A DNA stretch of 63,734 nucleotides, the filler included, from Reclinomonas americana ATCC 50394 (lineage: Eukaryota), in assembly GCA_048213135.1 (NCBI GenBank). It is 10 parts of 10 records of this genome, joined end to end, with 100 filler letters (N's around TTAATTAATTAA, not from the genome) between each part and the next. Parts side by side here need not be neighbours in the genome. Positions count along the whole stretch, not along the records: positions 23,604 to 30,013 come from AFZH01023354.1; positions 30,114 to 33,483 come from AFZH01023355.1; positions 33,584 to 38,870 come from AFZH01023356.1; 7 more parts are not named here. The stretch is one strand, 5' to 3'. This document shows, piece after piece, positions 23,998 to 36,460 of this stretch. Made by a program: the position numbers and the translations under genes. The notes beneath the pieces are model-generated. The model was given only the letters and a program-made list of their open reading frames with translations. It was not told where the DNA came from and did no database searches. How positions within the stretch are numbered: position 1 is the stretch's first letter; each line of letters opens with the position of its first letter.

Positions 23998-26900
23998 TCA
24001 TGTCGGGGGCGATGAGGAGGAGGGATCACCTAAAGAAGCTCCCTGTGCCCGAGCATTCTCCTTGGCGGCTCGCAGTTTGTCGCGCACCATCTTGTCACGC
24101 AGAAGCTTGAATTGCTGCGCGATGGACGAGGATTGTCAGTGGCATGCAGATGGACGAAAGCACGAGGAGAGCAAGGGAGGGGGGAAAGAGGATGACGAAG
24201 AAAGCAAAAGAAGAAAGAGAAATGCAAGATGTGGAAGACGTGGCAAAAGAAGGGATGAGGAGAAACAAAAACCTACTGGCAGAGGAAGGGAAAGAATACA
24301 ACAGAATAGAGAGAGACAGGCGAGGCACAAGCTTGTGGTAAAAAGAACAGAATGAGATACACGAGAATGAAGGAGAAAGAGTGTTAGAGAACTTGTTTGT
24401 CTCTTCCCTTCTATCCTTGCCCCCTCCTCTCTCCCCCCTCTATCCCCTTCTCCTCTTTCTTGTCGCAACTTCATCAAATGCTGTGGACGGCCCCGGAGCC
24501 GCTGCTGCTGCTGTTGCTGCTGCCTGCGGTGGTGGCGACGCTGAAGCATCACCTGCCGCGACCGACGTCACTGTTGCAGTCGTGGTGGTCGTGGTGGTTG
24601 TCGTAGTATTGCTGGTCGCTGTCAGCGCGGAGAGCACAGTGGCCGCCGGGTCTCGCGTGGGTGGCGAGCGAATTGAATTATCGCGCGAATCATGTGCACT
24701 TGCTTGCAAGAGTCCTGCATCCACAAATGGTAATGACGACGAGGCCGCCGTCGGTGTCGCCGCCGCTGATGCCGACAAAGGCGGCGTCTTGTCGCTCATC
24801 CAGCTGTCGACGTGGAAACTCGCGTCGCTCGGACGACCGAGGCGGCGGAGTGCTTCCACGGCCAGCGAGCTGAAGAGGGGCGCTGGTGCCGACGGAGGTG
24901 ACGATTCAGATGGAGGTGGTGCGGGACCCGACGCTGAGGCGTCGCGTTGGTACAGCTGCGCCAGCGTGCCGACTCCCAACAGCGGCCGGCTGCCAACAAT
25001 GTCACTGTCCAGTATCGCGGCGGCAGTCGTGCCACGTGCCACGTCACGCTCAGGCTCGGCACGCATGGCGGCGTTCGAGTCGTCGTCGTCTTGCTCGGGG
25101 AGATCGGCTGCGTTGGGGTTGGCGTGACTCAGATCGGAAATGTCACTGAGAGCGCTGAGGTTGAGGTCGTCCTCGCTGGCCGCCACCGACAGTGCGGCCG
25201 GCGAGTCTGCCAGCATTCGACCAGGCATACCGACATGCGGCAGTGACGGCGTGCTCGGAGCGCTGCCTCCGCCACCACTGCCACTGCTGTTGCCAAACAC
25301 CATGTCGGTGCTCTGCACAAACGACAGCATGTTGCCCTTCATCTTTTGCAGTGTGCGAGCGACGGCGGCCCTGGCACGTTGCTCTGTCTCCGAGTCGATG
25401 ACAGGCGCTGCGCAGGTGGCAGTTGGTGAGCTGCTAAAATTGAAAAGAGAGAGAGATCTCACAGAAGAAAAATAATCCCTTCCTCCTGTTCCCGCTACGC
25501 ACCCACATATCCCGGAGATGTCTCGCTTCCATCGCCGTCGGCAAACGATACACGACGCGACGGAGTGCCGACCTGCGAGGTCGGTGTCGAGGAAAGTGGA
25601 GTGATGGACGATGACTGCGTGGCCGCCGCGGCAGCTGCGGCGGTAGCTGCAGCAACCACCGCAGCCATGGTCGCGGCTGCCGACTGGTTGCCTCCGAGCC
25701 CAGCATCGCTACCAGAACGCGAGCGCGACGGCGACGGCGTGCGGTGATCCATCGGCTGCAGGATGGACTTGGGTTCGCGAGTCGGAGGTGAATCTGCGAC
25801 AGGCACCGTAAGCAAATGCGTAGTGATTGGCGACTAGCACCGCTTCCGTTAGCACACCCAGTTCAGCTGGCGACGACTGGTCGTCGTCGGCACTGTCGGC
25901 GCCTGCTTGCCGATTCGCCAGTGGCCGCACTCCGCCAGGTCCACCGCCAATCACCGCGCCAGATGGAGTTGTCAACTGAACAGAAGAGAGCAACCGTGAT
26001 GAGACACTGGAGGCACATTTGCTGTGCTCACCAACTCGGATACATGCGTGTTTTGAACTCACACTCGAACACAGTATCTCTCATGCCTCTCTCTTTCACA
26101 ACCTGTTTCTCTCTTTCTTTCTTGCCCATTCTTTCCTTTCCAATATTGTTCCTCTTTCTTCCCTGCGCCAACCCCAATACCGATTTCCCTGTCTCTTCTC
26201 GTTCTGCCACATCCACCTTCTTACGCACGCCCATGCCCTTCCATTACGATCTCTTTACTTCACTCTCTCTTCAGTCCATTGCCATACACTGCACCTCTTG
26301 TACCACTCTCTCCTGTCACTTTCACCCTTCTCCATCCACTCTCTTGCCTGTTATATGCACTCGTGCCAGTGCCTTGATTTCCAGTCTGACTGATCTTTTT
26401 GCTCGTCCCCACTAACACTTTTGCCATTTCATTCACTTTCGCACGTTGAAGTTCTGTATCATTCTTTCTCCCATCCGCCCACGTGTCTTCTCTCTCGCCC
26501 GTGCCTTTCCATTCCGATGTCTTTCATCACTCCCAGTCCCCAGTTGCTTTCTTTTCACTCACTATCGCCCGTTCCAGATTTCGCCTCTACCATCCGCCCC
26601 TTGCCAGTGCCATTCTATCATTTGCACTCACTCTCTCCCTCTGCCTTCACCTTCCTTCCCCCTCTTTCCTCCCTTCGCCTCTTCTTTCCTCTCTCCTTCT
26701 CCTCTCCTTCCCCCTTCCCCTCTCTCCTCCTTTCCCCTCTAACCCCTCTCCTTCCCCTCTCCTTCCCCCTTCCCCTCTCTCCTCCTTTCCCCTCTAACCC
26801 CTCTCCTTACCCTCTCTTCCCCCTTCCACCTCCCTTTCCCCTTTCCCCCCCTTGCTCACCGCCAGAGCCGGGACGCGTGGATTCTCGTTGGGATTGGGTG

Positions 26901-29900
26901 CCGACGGCCGCAACCGCTGTGGCGCTGCATCATCAACCTGAGCGGCGGCGTCCACAGTGTTGGGGTTGTCGGTCTCCGCTGCGGCCGCGGCTCGCAAGCT
27001 CTCGTGCCGCTGTCGCTCACTCTCCAACTGCGAGAGGAGCTGATCGTGCGACTGCCGCAACTCGACTAACCGCGTACGCGCGTGCGCCACCGGAGCGGCC
27101 GCCTCTGTCGCAGCAGCAGCAGCGTCGGGTGCTGCGGTCGGTGTTCCGCGTGCAGGCGCACTTGCGCCCCCACCCAGAGCAGCCGCCATGGCAGCCGCAA
27201 TGCCGGCCTGGCCTACGCGGAGCGAATCAAAGACGGCTGCGTCGGAATCGACTACGTCCTCCTCGCGGTTGACCTGCGGCAGCGCAGGTGGCAGCTCGGG
27301 CGTCGGCGCTCGATGCTGTGCACGCGGCGGGCCGCCAACTGTCGCACCGGGTGGAACAGTCAGCGTCACCGTTGTGGTAGTAGTTGGCGGGCGCGTGGGC
27401 TCCGCGGGCGGCAGTGCAGGCGGTGCAAACGGAATCGCCGTGGTCAATGGCAGCGGCGACGGTCGAGTCTGCTGCTGCTGCTGCGGCTGCTGTGGAATCG
27501 AATAGCGCGAAAGTTGTTGATCTAGACTGGCCAGCGCCGACACAGTCATGTTGATCTTGTTGCCGAGCTCGCGAATTCGCTCATCCTCGGCGAGCAGTGC
27601 CAACGCAGCCTGATCGGCAATCTCGGATTTCCGTGATGCACTCGGCGGCTCCGATGAAGGCGCGTCGGCCGCCGATGCCGATGTCGCGGTGACGGCGGTC
27701 GTCGACGGTGGCGGCTGTTGTGCCTGTGCCACGGTGGGACTGCCGCTCGCCAGCGTCGACGGTGAGATGCTCATGTCCAACGACTCCGCATCCGACACAG
27801 CCAGGTGGCTGTTGGCAGCGCGCGGATCGACGGCTGCTGGGTGCGGAGATGGCCCAGTGGCTGGACTGGAACGGCGGTCACGATCTCGCTGCGACACGCA
27901 AACAATGCAACTATCAGGCCCAAGTGCATGACACGAAAGCAAGCTGCATGCTGCCCGACGCACCGATCGCATTTGTCGCAGCTCACGGGCCCAAGAATTG
28001 GCGCGTCGCGATTCGTAGTTTTTGAGGATGCGCTGCTGGAGGAAGAGGTTGCGCTGCAGCAACTCGCTGTGGTGCTCCAGTTTTTCCACGTACTCTAGTG
28101 AGAGGTGATCATCGCGAGCCCTGCGCGTAATGTCGGCCAACGTCACCACCAGGGACGAGGAGGCCGACGAGGGGGCCAGCAGTGGGCTTGCCGACGGCGA
28201 CGTCGATGAACCCAAGACGAACGACGGGGTGGCCGAGCTCCCGGTAAAAGTCGGTGTTCCGCGCTGGTACATGATGGAATCGAGAGGTGTGCTTGGCGTG
28301 ATGGCCACCAGCGGCGGACTCGGCATGTGATTGCCAACCACGGCTTCTGCGGCTGCGCATGCAAACGAGAAGAGAGATGGGTGACAGGAGGAAACAAATA
28401 AACATACAATGCATAAAAGAAGTACCTCCATGTTCCACGTGCTCGGCATCGAGTCCTTGACTGACGCGCAGCAGGCGCTGCCTTTCGAGCTCATCTCGCT
28501 GCAATTGTGCCTGTCTCTCCGCCTGGCAGGCGAGCAGAGTGAGTGCCGCCCCTACATCACAACAGGATCGCACACAACGAACCGACTCCACATCCCGCAA
28601 CACACGTTGTATTTCCTCGTTGTGGATCAGCAAATGCGGTAGCGCCACATCCACATGTGGAATGCCTGCCACGTCTGCGATTGCGTTTGAGCAGATATAT
28701 CTCGGGTAAGTGAATACCCTCTCTCTCCTTTCTCTCCTCTGTCTCTGTTCTCTCCGTCTCTCGCTCGCGCGCTCTCTGTCTCCCCTCTCCGTCTCCCTCT
28801 CTGTCCTTCTTTCAGTCTCCCTCTCCGTCTTCCTCTCCGTCTCCCACTCTGTCTCCATCTTTCTCTCCGTCTCTCGCTCGCTGTCTCCCTCTCACTCTCC
28901 CTCTCCTTCCCCCCCTCCCTTTCCCTCATCCCTCTCCCTTTCTTTCTCCCCCTCCCTCTCCCTTCTCCCTCTTCCCCCTCTCTACGCAACCGACAACTGG
29001 CGACAGGGTGGCGCTGGTAAACTTGCGCCGACGGAATTGTGGCTTCGTGTCGGTAGGCGGTCTCGGGTGCATCGCGGTGTCATCAGTTACTCGGAAGGGA
29101 GAGCGATGGCGCGTCGAAGGGTCCGGCGTCTGTGTCCGTACTGGCGTGGAGCGGTGAGAGGAGGAGGAGGCTGTGGCAATTTTTTGGGCATGAGAACCGC
29201 GCCCGCACAGAAATGCTGGTGCACGTCACGCAACTGGGTCGACCGACTGCGACAGCGGCTGCCTCATCCATGGTGACATGCTGGTGTGTAGACATTGCCT
29301 CCGGCACAATACCCAGAGCGTACACCTCCGATGCGACAACAGCGCTTTGCACCCGTTGGTGCACTTTCTGTCGCCTCTCTTCAGCCCGCTGCGCAGCATG
29401 GAAAGGCACATGCTCCGTGGAAGTCGCGACAGAGCCCACTGTCGAAGGGGGTGGAGCTGAACCCGGCCGCTGTCGTGGCGGAGCACTGGCCGCACGACGG
29501 TGAACAGGTGACACACCGGTCTGTGTGGCGATGCTAGTCCTGCTGGAGGACATGGGAGAGGCGGTCGTGGCCGTAGGCCGACCAGACCTGTGCCACCAGC
29601 GCATGTAAGCCAAAAAGCGCACTCTTTCTCTCTGCGAGTGACTTTTCGCACCGAGTTCCGCCTGCCGCCGACGCCGGTGGTAGAGGTCGTGAGGCAGCTG
29701 GTGAAGATCGCTTGCGAGGAGGCGTGTTTGCCGCACGTCCAGTTTTTGGACTCCTGGAAGAAACGCGATACAGTGAGACACAAGCGCATAGAGACACCCT
29801 CTCACTCGAATCACACGCCACCTGGCGCGCGGTGCACTTTGCGATCGTTTTTTCGATGGCGTGGCGGAGCTGGAGCGAGGCCTGTCGTGTATCTGTAAGC

Positions 29901-30013
29901 AACCGCACACACAAAGCAGTGGTGGCGAGACACAGACGCAACGCAGACGTCGATCGCGTGGGTGTCTTGCGGGCGGTCGCAGGAGACTGTGCCCGACCCG
30001 GCGACGGCCGGCT
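23998..30013 (-). CDS. Large low-complexity (S/P/A/T-rich, coiled-coil) hypothetical protein, 5' end missing
   Basis: Long open exons (for example 24470-25430 and 26860-27890) bounded by GT-AG sites. Last exon 23998-24114 (QFKLLRDKMVRDKL...PPT*). Confidence 0.7.
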
Positions 30014-30113
30014 NNNNNNNNNNNNNNNNNNNNNNNNNNNNNNNNNNNNNNNNNNNNTTAATTAATTAANNNNNNNNNNNNNNNNNNNNNNNNNNNNNNN
30101 NNNNNNNNNNNNN

Positions 30114-31303
30114 AAAACACGCACACATACATATACACACAAGCGCCGCACCAGTGATAGTAATGGTGGCCACGGATGCACCCGAAGCCGATGTGCGGCT
30201 GTAGGTGGTGGTGGAGAGCGTGATCGCCGAGGGTGGATTATTCAGCAATATCGTTGTCGTGAGAGTAGAGCTCGTCAGCGCCGGCGTGCTGCGGAAGTGT
30301 GAGAGGTAAGCCGAGCAATATGCACACGTGCCGGCAACACTCGACGAGAGACGCAACCCGCTGTCTTGCGCGTAGGTCTTGACAACGAGGCTGCCCACGA
30401 CAGGCCCCAGCAGCGTGTCGGAGGGGTACAGTCCGGTGCCGCTGATGGCAAAGAGGAAATTGTTGCCTTGCCCATCGGCCAGCACGTACGTAATCGTCTG
30501 CGTCGTATTCGCGTCGGTGGCCGAGTAGGTGCCGAGGAGAGTCGAGCTGGGGATGCCGCCGGTCACCAACGGCAGGAACCCGCTGTCCTTCAGTGGTTGG
30601 AACACGGCCGTGAATGTCAGGCCAGTGGGCGCAACATTGGCTGGGGAGCATGAGCACAACAGAGTGAGAAAAAGCAAGTGGTGATGACATGCATTTCTCC
30701 ATCTCATACATCTCTCTCTCTCTCTCACACACACATATCTCTCTCTCTCTCCTCTTTCCTCTCTCCTCTGTCTCTCTCTCTCTCTCTCCTCTCTCTCCCT
30801 CCTTCCCGCCACTCGCACGCAACTATCAGTCACCGTGATTGACACATCTTGCTGCCCGCTCCCGCCTGCATAGATCGCTCGCACCGTGCACGTCAGAGTC
30901 CCAGAGGCCGCCGACGTGTTATCAATGAGCACTTGCGCGGTGCCGTCTCCATTGTCGGTCAACGTCAGAGAGTTGGTCGGGGACACGTTCCTGATGGTGA
31001 TGCTGTTGGGAAGCGGGTTGTCGGTGTCGCTGTTGGTGAAGGTCACCGTGCACATCAGGTCGCCCGAGGTCAACGAGCTCGCTGTATTTCGTTCATCATC
31101 ATGCAGAGTTGGCGAATGTGTGTTCGAATTGGTTCTTTTGCGGTAACGTGGAGCGTGCGCAGGCGAGGTGGGCGATACAGAGACGGAGATGGTGGCCTCG
31201 GCCGCGTGCAGGGTGCTGGTCCACGCCACCACCGCTGCCATGACAACAATCAGGGTCGCCAACTGCTGTTGTCGCCCATGTCTCTTCCGAGGCCAAGTGC
31301 ACT
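30114..31303 (-). CDS. Secreted or surface protein with cadherin-like/Ig-like repeats, 3' end in gap
   Basis: Hydrophobic leader (LATLIVVMAAVVAW...AAEA). Repeats such as VSITVTD-TNVAPTGL, LLGTYSATDANTTQTITYVL, FAISGTGL, VKTYAQDSG and LLNNPPSAITLS resemble cadherin-like linkers and strands. Confidence 0.65.
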
Positions 31304-32277
31304 ACTCCAGCATTGTGCGCAGCGAAGCAGGGTGGTGCGCGCGCGCACACACACACACACGCACAAGGGAAGGGAATTCCACGGGTGGCGGCGGAGAAGA
31401 GAGTGAAAAGCGCAGTTTGTCCGATTTGCCCGCTGTAAACGGAGATATCGCTCGCGGTGCGCGCCATCTGAATCCGCTTCCGTAGTCAATTTCCGTTCCT
31501 CCATCCACGACCGAGCGAGGCTGCCTCTGAGTCTGCGCTCATTTTCTTCACCACTCAGTTCTGCAGGCCATGGTGAGGGCACACGCCTCGAGTGAAATCG
31601 ATTGTTTCGTCTTGTTGTCGTCGTTGACGCCGCGTCTTCACCTCACGGCGAGTGAGACTGCGCACAAGTCTGCCCAGCGGACACTCTCCGTACACTGGAG
31701 ACAGCCTGTGGAAGAACCGTGGGGCGGCGGGTGGACACGACAACAAAAATTGCAGGACTGACCGTTACTCATTGTGCAGATTCGAGTTCCCGCGCGTCGC
31801 GCCACCACAGCACTCCCCTCGTCGTCGCGCGACAGGGGGGTCCTGCTCATCCACATGCGCATGCACACACGCGCACACATCGATGCTTGAACAGTGCTCT
31901 CGCCGAGGACACACCGCGCAAGCCGAACAAGCTGGACCGTTACAGTATGTTTTGTCGGTGAGAAAAGCGTGCCACAGCGAGCTTTCTGCGCGTCGCCCGC
32001 ATGCACTTCTGGGTGGCACGTGTGTGGAGTGCGAACAGCGCTGCGCCACACCCCTCAGGAAGTCACCACAGTGCCCAGCGCCGATTCTTCCTGCATGATC
32101 CGAGTTGACCGTTGCCGGAAGACGTTACTCGATTTTGTGTTTTCCGACGAGCAGGCGCATATCGTCTTTTTTCCTTCGATTCTTGCGCACAGACAACGCA
32201 CCTCCCCTCTATCACTTTTTGTTGCTTTCGCCTTGCTGCATCACCCCCTTGCTCCTCCTCCCTCCCCAATCACCGAC

Positions 32278-33483
32278 ATGCGCTCGTTCATTGTCCTCGC
32301 TGCCCTCTTCTTCCTCGGCCTCGTTGCCGTGTGCGCTGCTTCCTCAGCTGAGGAGTCAGGTGAGCAGTGTGACGTGCACGCGCGCGCCAGACACACACGC
32401 ACACCCCACCCCACCCCTCCCCACTCGCTGACCCCACTCGTGTGTGTCTTAATTTCCTTGCCGTTGATGCCTGCAGAGTATGAACTCACCGATGAAGGTG
32501 CGTGCTCCCGACCGTTACTTTGCCTCCTGCATTCAACAAGGCACTCACCTGTGTGTCTCTCACCCACAGAGTTCGCCAACTTGATGCGATGTTGCGACGC
32601 GCTGCATGAACACACACACGCCACATGAAATCACCTCGTCGTCTCACCTCGTCGTCGTTTGCGTACATACAGTTGCCCAGTTCGACTCCTTTGCGGAGGA
32701 CTGTTGCGTCTTTCCCACTTTTCCCGCCACACACAAACCCGCTATGCATCCATGCATCCAACCCCACTCACATTACGTTGTGTGCCGCGCAGCATACGAT
32801 GACACCGAGTCTCAGCTGCAAGCACAGGAGGCCGCCAACAAGCAAAGCGCTGCCCTGCTGCTGTCCTTCAACCTGTCGACTGAGAAGTGCTGCGGTGCTC
32901 GTGGCTCTGTCGGCTACTGGTTCCAGAAGCTGTTGGACGCCCGCGCGTTGCGTCTCCATTTGCCGACCGTGCTCGTCGGAAGTTTGTGTCCTCACTCTCT
33001 GTGCTCTCCATGCAGTGCTCTGATCGCCGCCACCCGCAACCTGGTGGCCGACAACAAGGCCATTGATGCCCTGAACGCTGCCGTGGCCTCGCAGACCGCC
33101 CAGTGCCAGCAGTACCCGTACGACACTGTTTCGTTCGACTTGCTCCATTTTTTCCATTTATGCGCATCCAGTTTGCTCGCCTACCGATGACTTACGATTA
33201 TTCCCCACCTTCTCGTGTCGTGCAGACCTGCGCTGCTAAGCTGGCCGCCATCAAGAACGACCTGGCTGCCGCCACCGCCAAGCGCGATGCCGACCAGAAG
33301 TCGATCAACGAGTTGCGTCATGGAAATGAGATGATATCGCCCCATCTCTGTCTCTGCCTTGCTGACTTTGGTGGTGTGAACGCGCGCACACAGCATCAAC
33401 GGCCAGATTGGCTCCATCACTGGCGACCTGAACTACTGGACAGGCCTGGTGCAGACGCAATGCATCAGCAAGTAACTCTGCGC
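32278..33483 (+). CDS. Secreted coiled-coil protein with microexons, 3' end in gap
   Basis: Signal peptide MRSFIVLAALFFLGLVAVCAA, eight introns that restore one frame, heptad-like Ala/Gln/Lys-rich segments with spaced Cys, and strong codon bias. Confidence 0.8.
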
Positions 33484-33583
33484 NNNNNNNNNNNNNNNNN
33501 NNNNNNNNNNNNNNNNNNNNNNNNNNNTTAATTAATTAANNNNNNNNNNNNNNNNNNNNNNNNNNNNNNNNNNNNNNNNNNNN

Positions 33584-36325
33584 CGGGTTCGCGCAGAATG
33601 TCGGCCATCAACTCCTTGACTGAACTTTCCCGTGACAAGACTGCAATCGATTGGCACGTATGAGCACCCCCACCACAATGCAAACATAAAAAAGGGTTGC
33701 CTCGTGTACCTGGCCCTTCTCTGCTGCGGGCGGCAAACGGTACACGCACACTTGCAATGACCACATCATCCATCAGTGGAACGCGATGAGCGACTTCAAT
33801 GCGCCCAAGCCGCGCCGACTCGGCGGCCGCCGACTGGAAAGAGGACAAGGACAGTGCTGGCGTGTCGACAGGCGACAGGCGGGCGACACCGTCGACGCAT
33901 CGCACGGCATCAATGTATCGCCCCTCGAGCTCCGAGACGTACGGTCCAGTGTAGCGTACGCGAACGCCATCCACGCGGTCACCCGGGCGAGCCAGCGTCA
34001 CCTGCCGCTGATCCTCGTACACACGCGACACAAGACCGACGCGCGACAGTTGCGGCCGTGTGCTGTCCAGGGCCACCATGTTGCCTTCGTACACGCCAAC
34101 CACGTCGCCAGCACGCAAAGGCCGATATTCGTCGGCCATGTAATCAAACAGCAAGGTCACCGGCGGAACGTCGAGCACGGGTGACCATGCCGGCTCACGC
34201 GACGATAAAATGCGCAATTCACGGTCGAGCAGCAAGACGGCGGCTGCACGACGCACAATCAGTGATCCGCTGCGTGCGGTCCAGGTGCGCCCTCCACCAC
34301 CACACTCACCTCTGTCCTTCAAAAATCCGGCTTGCTGCTGCAACATTTGCGCCTGCTGCTGATGCAGCTGTGCGCGCTGCTCGTACTCGCTGACCAGATG
34401 CAGCAAGTTGCGCTCCTCGGACGGTGTCGGCTCCAACGTCCATTCGTTGCTTCCATGCGGTCGATTGGCGGCAGGCACAATTACCCGAAGCGACGGTGGT
34501 AGTGGCGGCGACGGTTGTGGCGGCGCCGAAAACAGCATCGGCGCAAAATCCACTCCCACCGTGACTGTCGTCGGCGACAGTTTCTGATCCAGGTCCATGT
34601 CTGCACAGCGGTTGACGTGCGGAATGACCTGCGTCGCCGCATGTTGTTGGTCACGCCAGGGGAAGCCGGAGGTGCCGGTGAAGCGAGCACCGGCGGGTGG
34701 AGGTGCAGAGGCTGTCGCAAGAACACTGCTGGCGGTGACAGTGGTTGCGGTGGTTGTCGTTGTGTTTGTGGTTGTGGTGGTCGTCGTGGCGGCACCCGCT
34801 ACCGCAGTGGGAGGCGCCAGCAAGCAGGACGTGGGTGAGTCGGACAGAGGCGACTCGGATTCCGACTCGTCGTCGTCCTTCTCGCTGTGTGCCGGCAGCG
34901 ACGCCGGCTTCGCGGTCTGTGGCAAGACCCACAGCTGCGTCAGTGGAGTAATGGTGTCGTCTGTGGGGTGCCAGTCCCACAAGTCGGGGCGTTGCGTACG
35001 ACGGTACCGAGTTGAGGAAAGCGGCGGCAACACAGGAGGTGCGGCGGCCGTGGCCGACACGAATACGGCAGTGGGTTGCGAGGCCACAGTCGCCGGTGGC
35101 GCTGACCGAACACCGTCACTCTTTGGTGTCGCCGTCGCGGTCGTCGTCGTCGGCGGCGGCGAGCCAAGTTTGAACACGGGGCGCACAGTGGGTAAAGACG
35201 GCATCATCATGGCCAGCGTGGTCGACGATGGAGGAGGTTTCAGTGGTCCCACTGGCAAGTGCTGGTGCTGGTGCTGTTGCTGCTGCTGTTGCTTGCCATG
35301 CTTGGCCTTGTTGCGCCGACTCGTTTGCGACGGATTGCGCATCATGACGTGAACCACGTCGCCACGAGCAGTTCGCAAGCGCGCCTCACGGGCGTCCTTG
35401 CCGCACTTTTTCCCTTCGCGACAGTACTGGAATGCATTTGTGGGCGCGCAAGCAGAGACATGATATCCAAATACACAAACACGCGCGCACAACACGTACC
35501 TCAGCCTTGCCTTCGCATCGGCGCCACGTGATGAGCACGGCACCGTCGTCCCCGACGGAAAACTGAACAACAATCGTGAGTGCGACGAAATCCCTCTGTT
35601 CGCACACCACACCACAAAACATCCACTCACATTCTCCAGACTCTGCACGCCTTCCACCTGCGTGACCAACAGCGTCGCACACGACTCGGCATCACGCACA
35701 AAGAAACGATCGGCGGAGCACGTGCTCGGCCTCTCCAAATTGACATGATACTCGAGCGTCCACACCGTTCCCGACGACTGCGACTCCGCGCGCTCCTGCT
35801 CATCCTCTCCCCCGTCCTCCCCGTCCTCCACCGTGGCGTCTCCATCGCTCACCAGAGACGTGCAGCCACTCTCCTCCATCGAGATGCGCTTCACCATACG
35901 CAGACTGCGTCCCGCGTATCGCAGCTCCACTCGTCTGCGCGCCGACTCCTGTGTCAACACACGACGTGTGGCGGGTAGTGACGGAGGCGGGAGTGGTGGT
36001 AGTGATGCCAGTCTCTGTGCCGGCCTGTCATCGTTCTCATCGACATCGCCGGAATGCAGTCGATCATTGTCAGAGTCATTCCGGTTCGAGTCATCAGCAT
36101 CTTCATCATCATGTGTGTGTCGAGCATGCATGGTGTCTGTGACGCGCAACACTCACAAGTCAGTCTCTTGCAACGTGGAAGAGAAAAGAGAGAGAGTGTG
36201 TGTGTGTATGTGCGTGAGCGCGCACCACTGACACCAGTCATTGGCACATCAACATCGTCGTCGTTGGCGTCTTCTGCTGCACTGGCCGCGCTCACAAGCA
36301 AGTCGAGTGCGCGTGTTCCCCACAT
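33584..36325 (-). CDS. Hypothetical protein: N-terminal beta-rich basic domain, long S/T/P linker, coiled coil and C-terminal beta domain
   Basis: ATG at 36325; mostly covered by the 874-aa track ORF, with short GT-AG introns. Confidence 0.7.
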
Positions 36326-36460
36326 GCTGCCCTCACTCACACACGCACACACGCACGCAGAGGTGCGCGCCACTGCTGCAAACTTTCGAGTGAGAGAGAA
36401 GAGTGCATATGTCGCGCGCGCGAGCGGTTGTCCACGCACTTTCACCGCAATACAAACACC

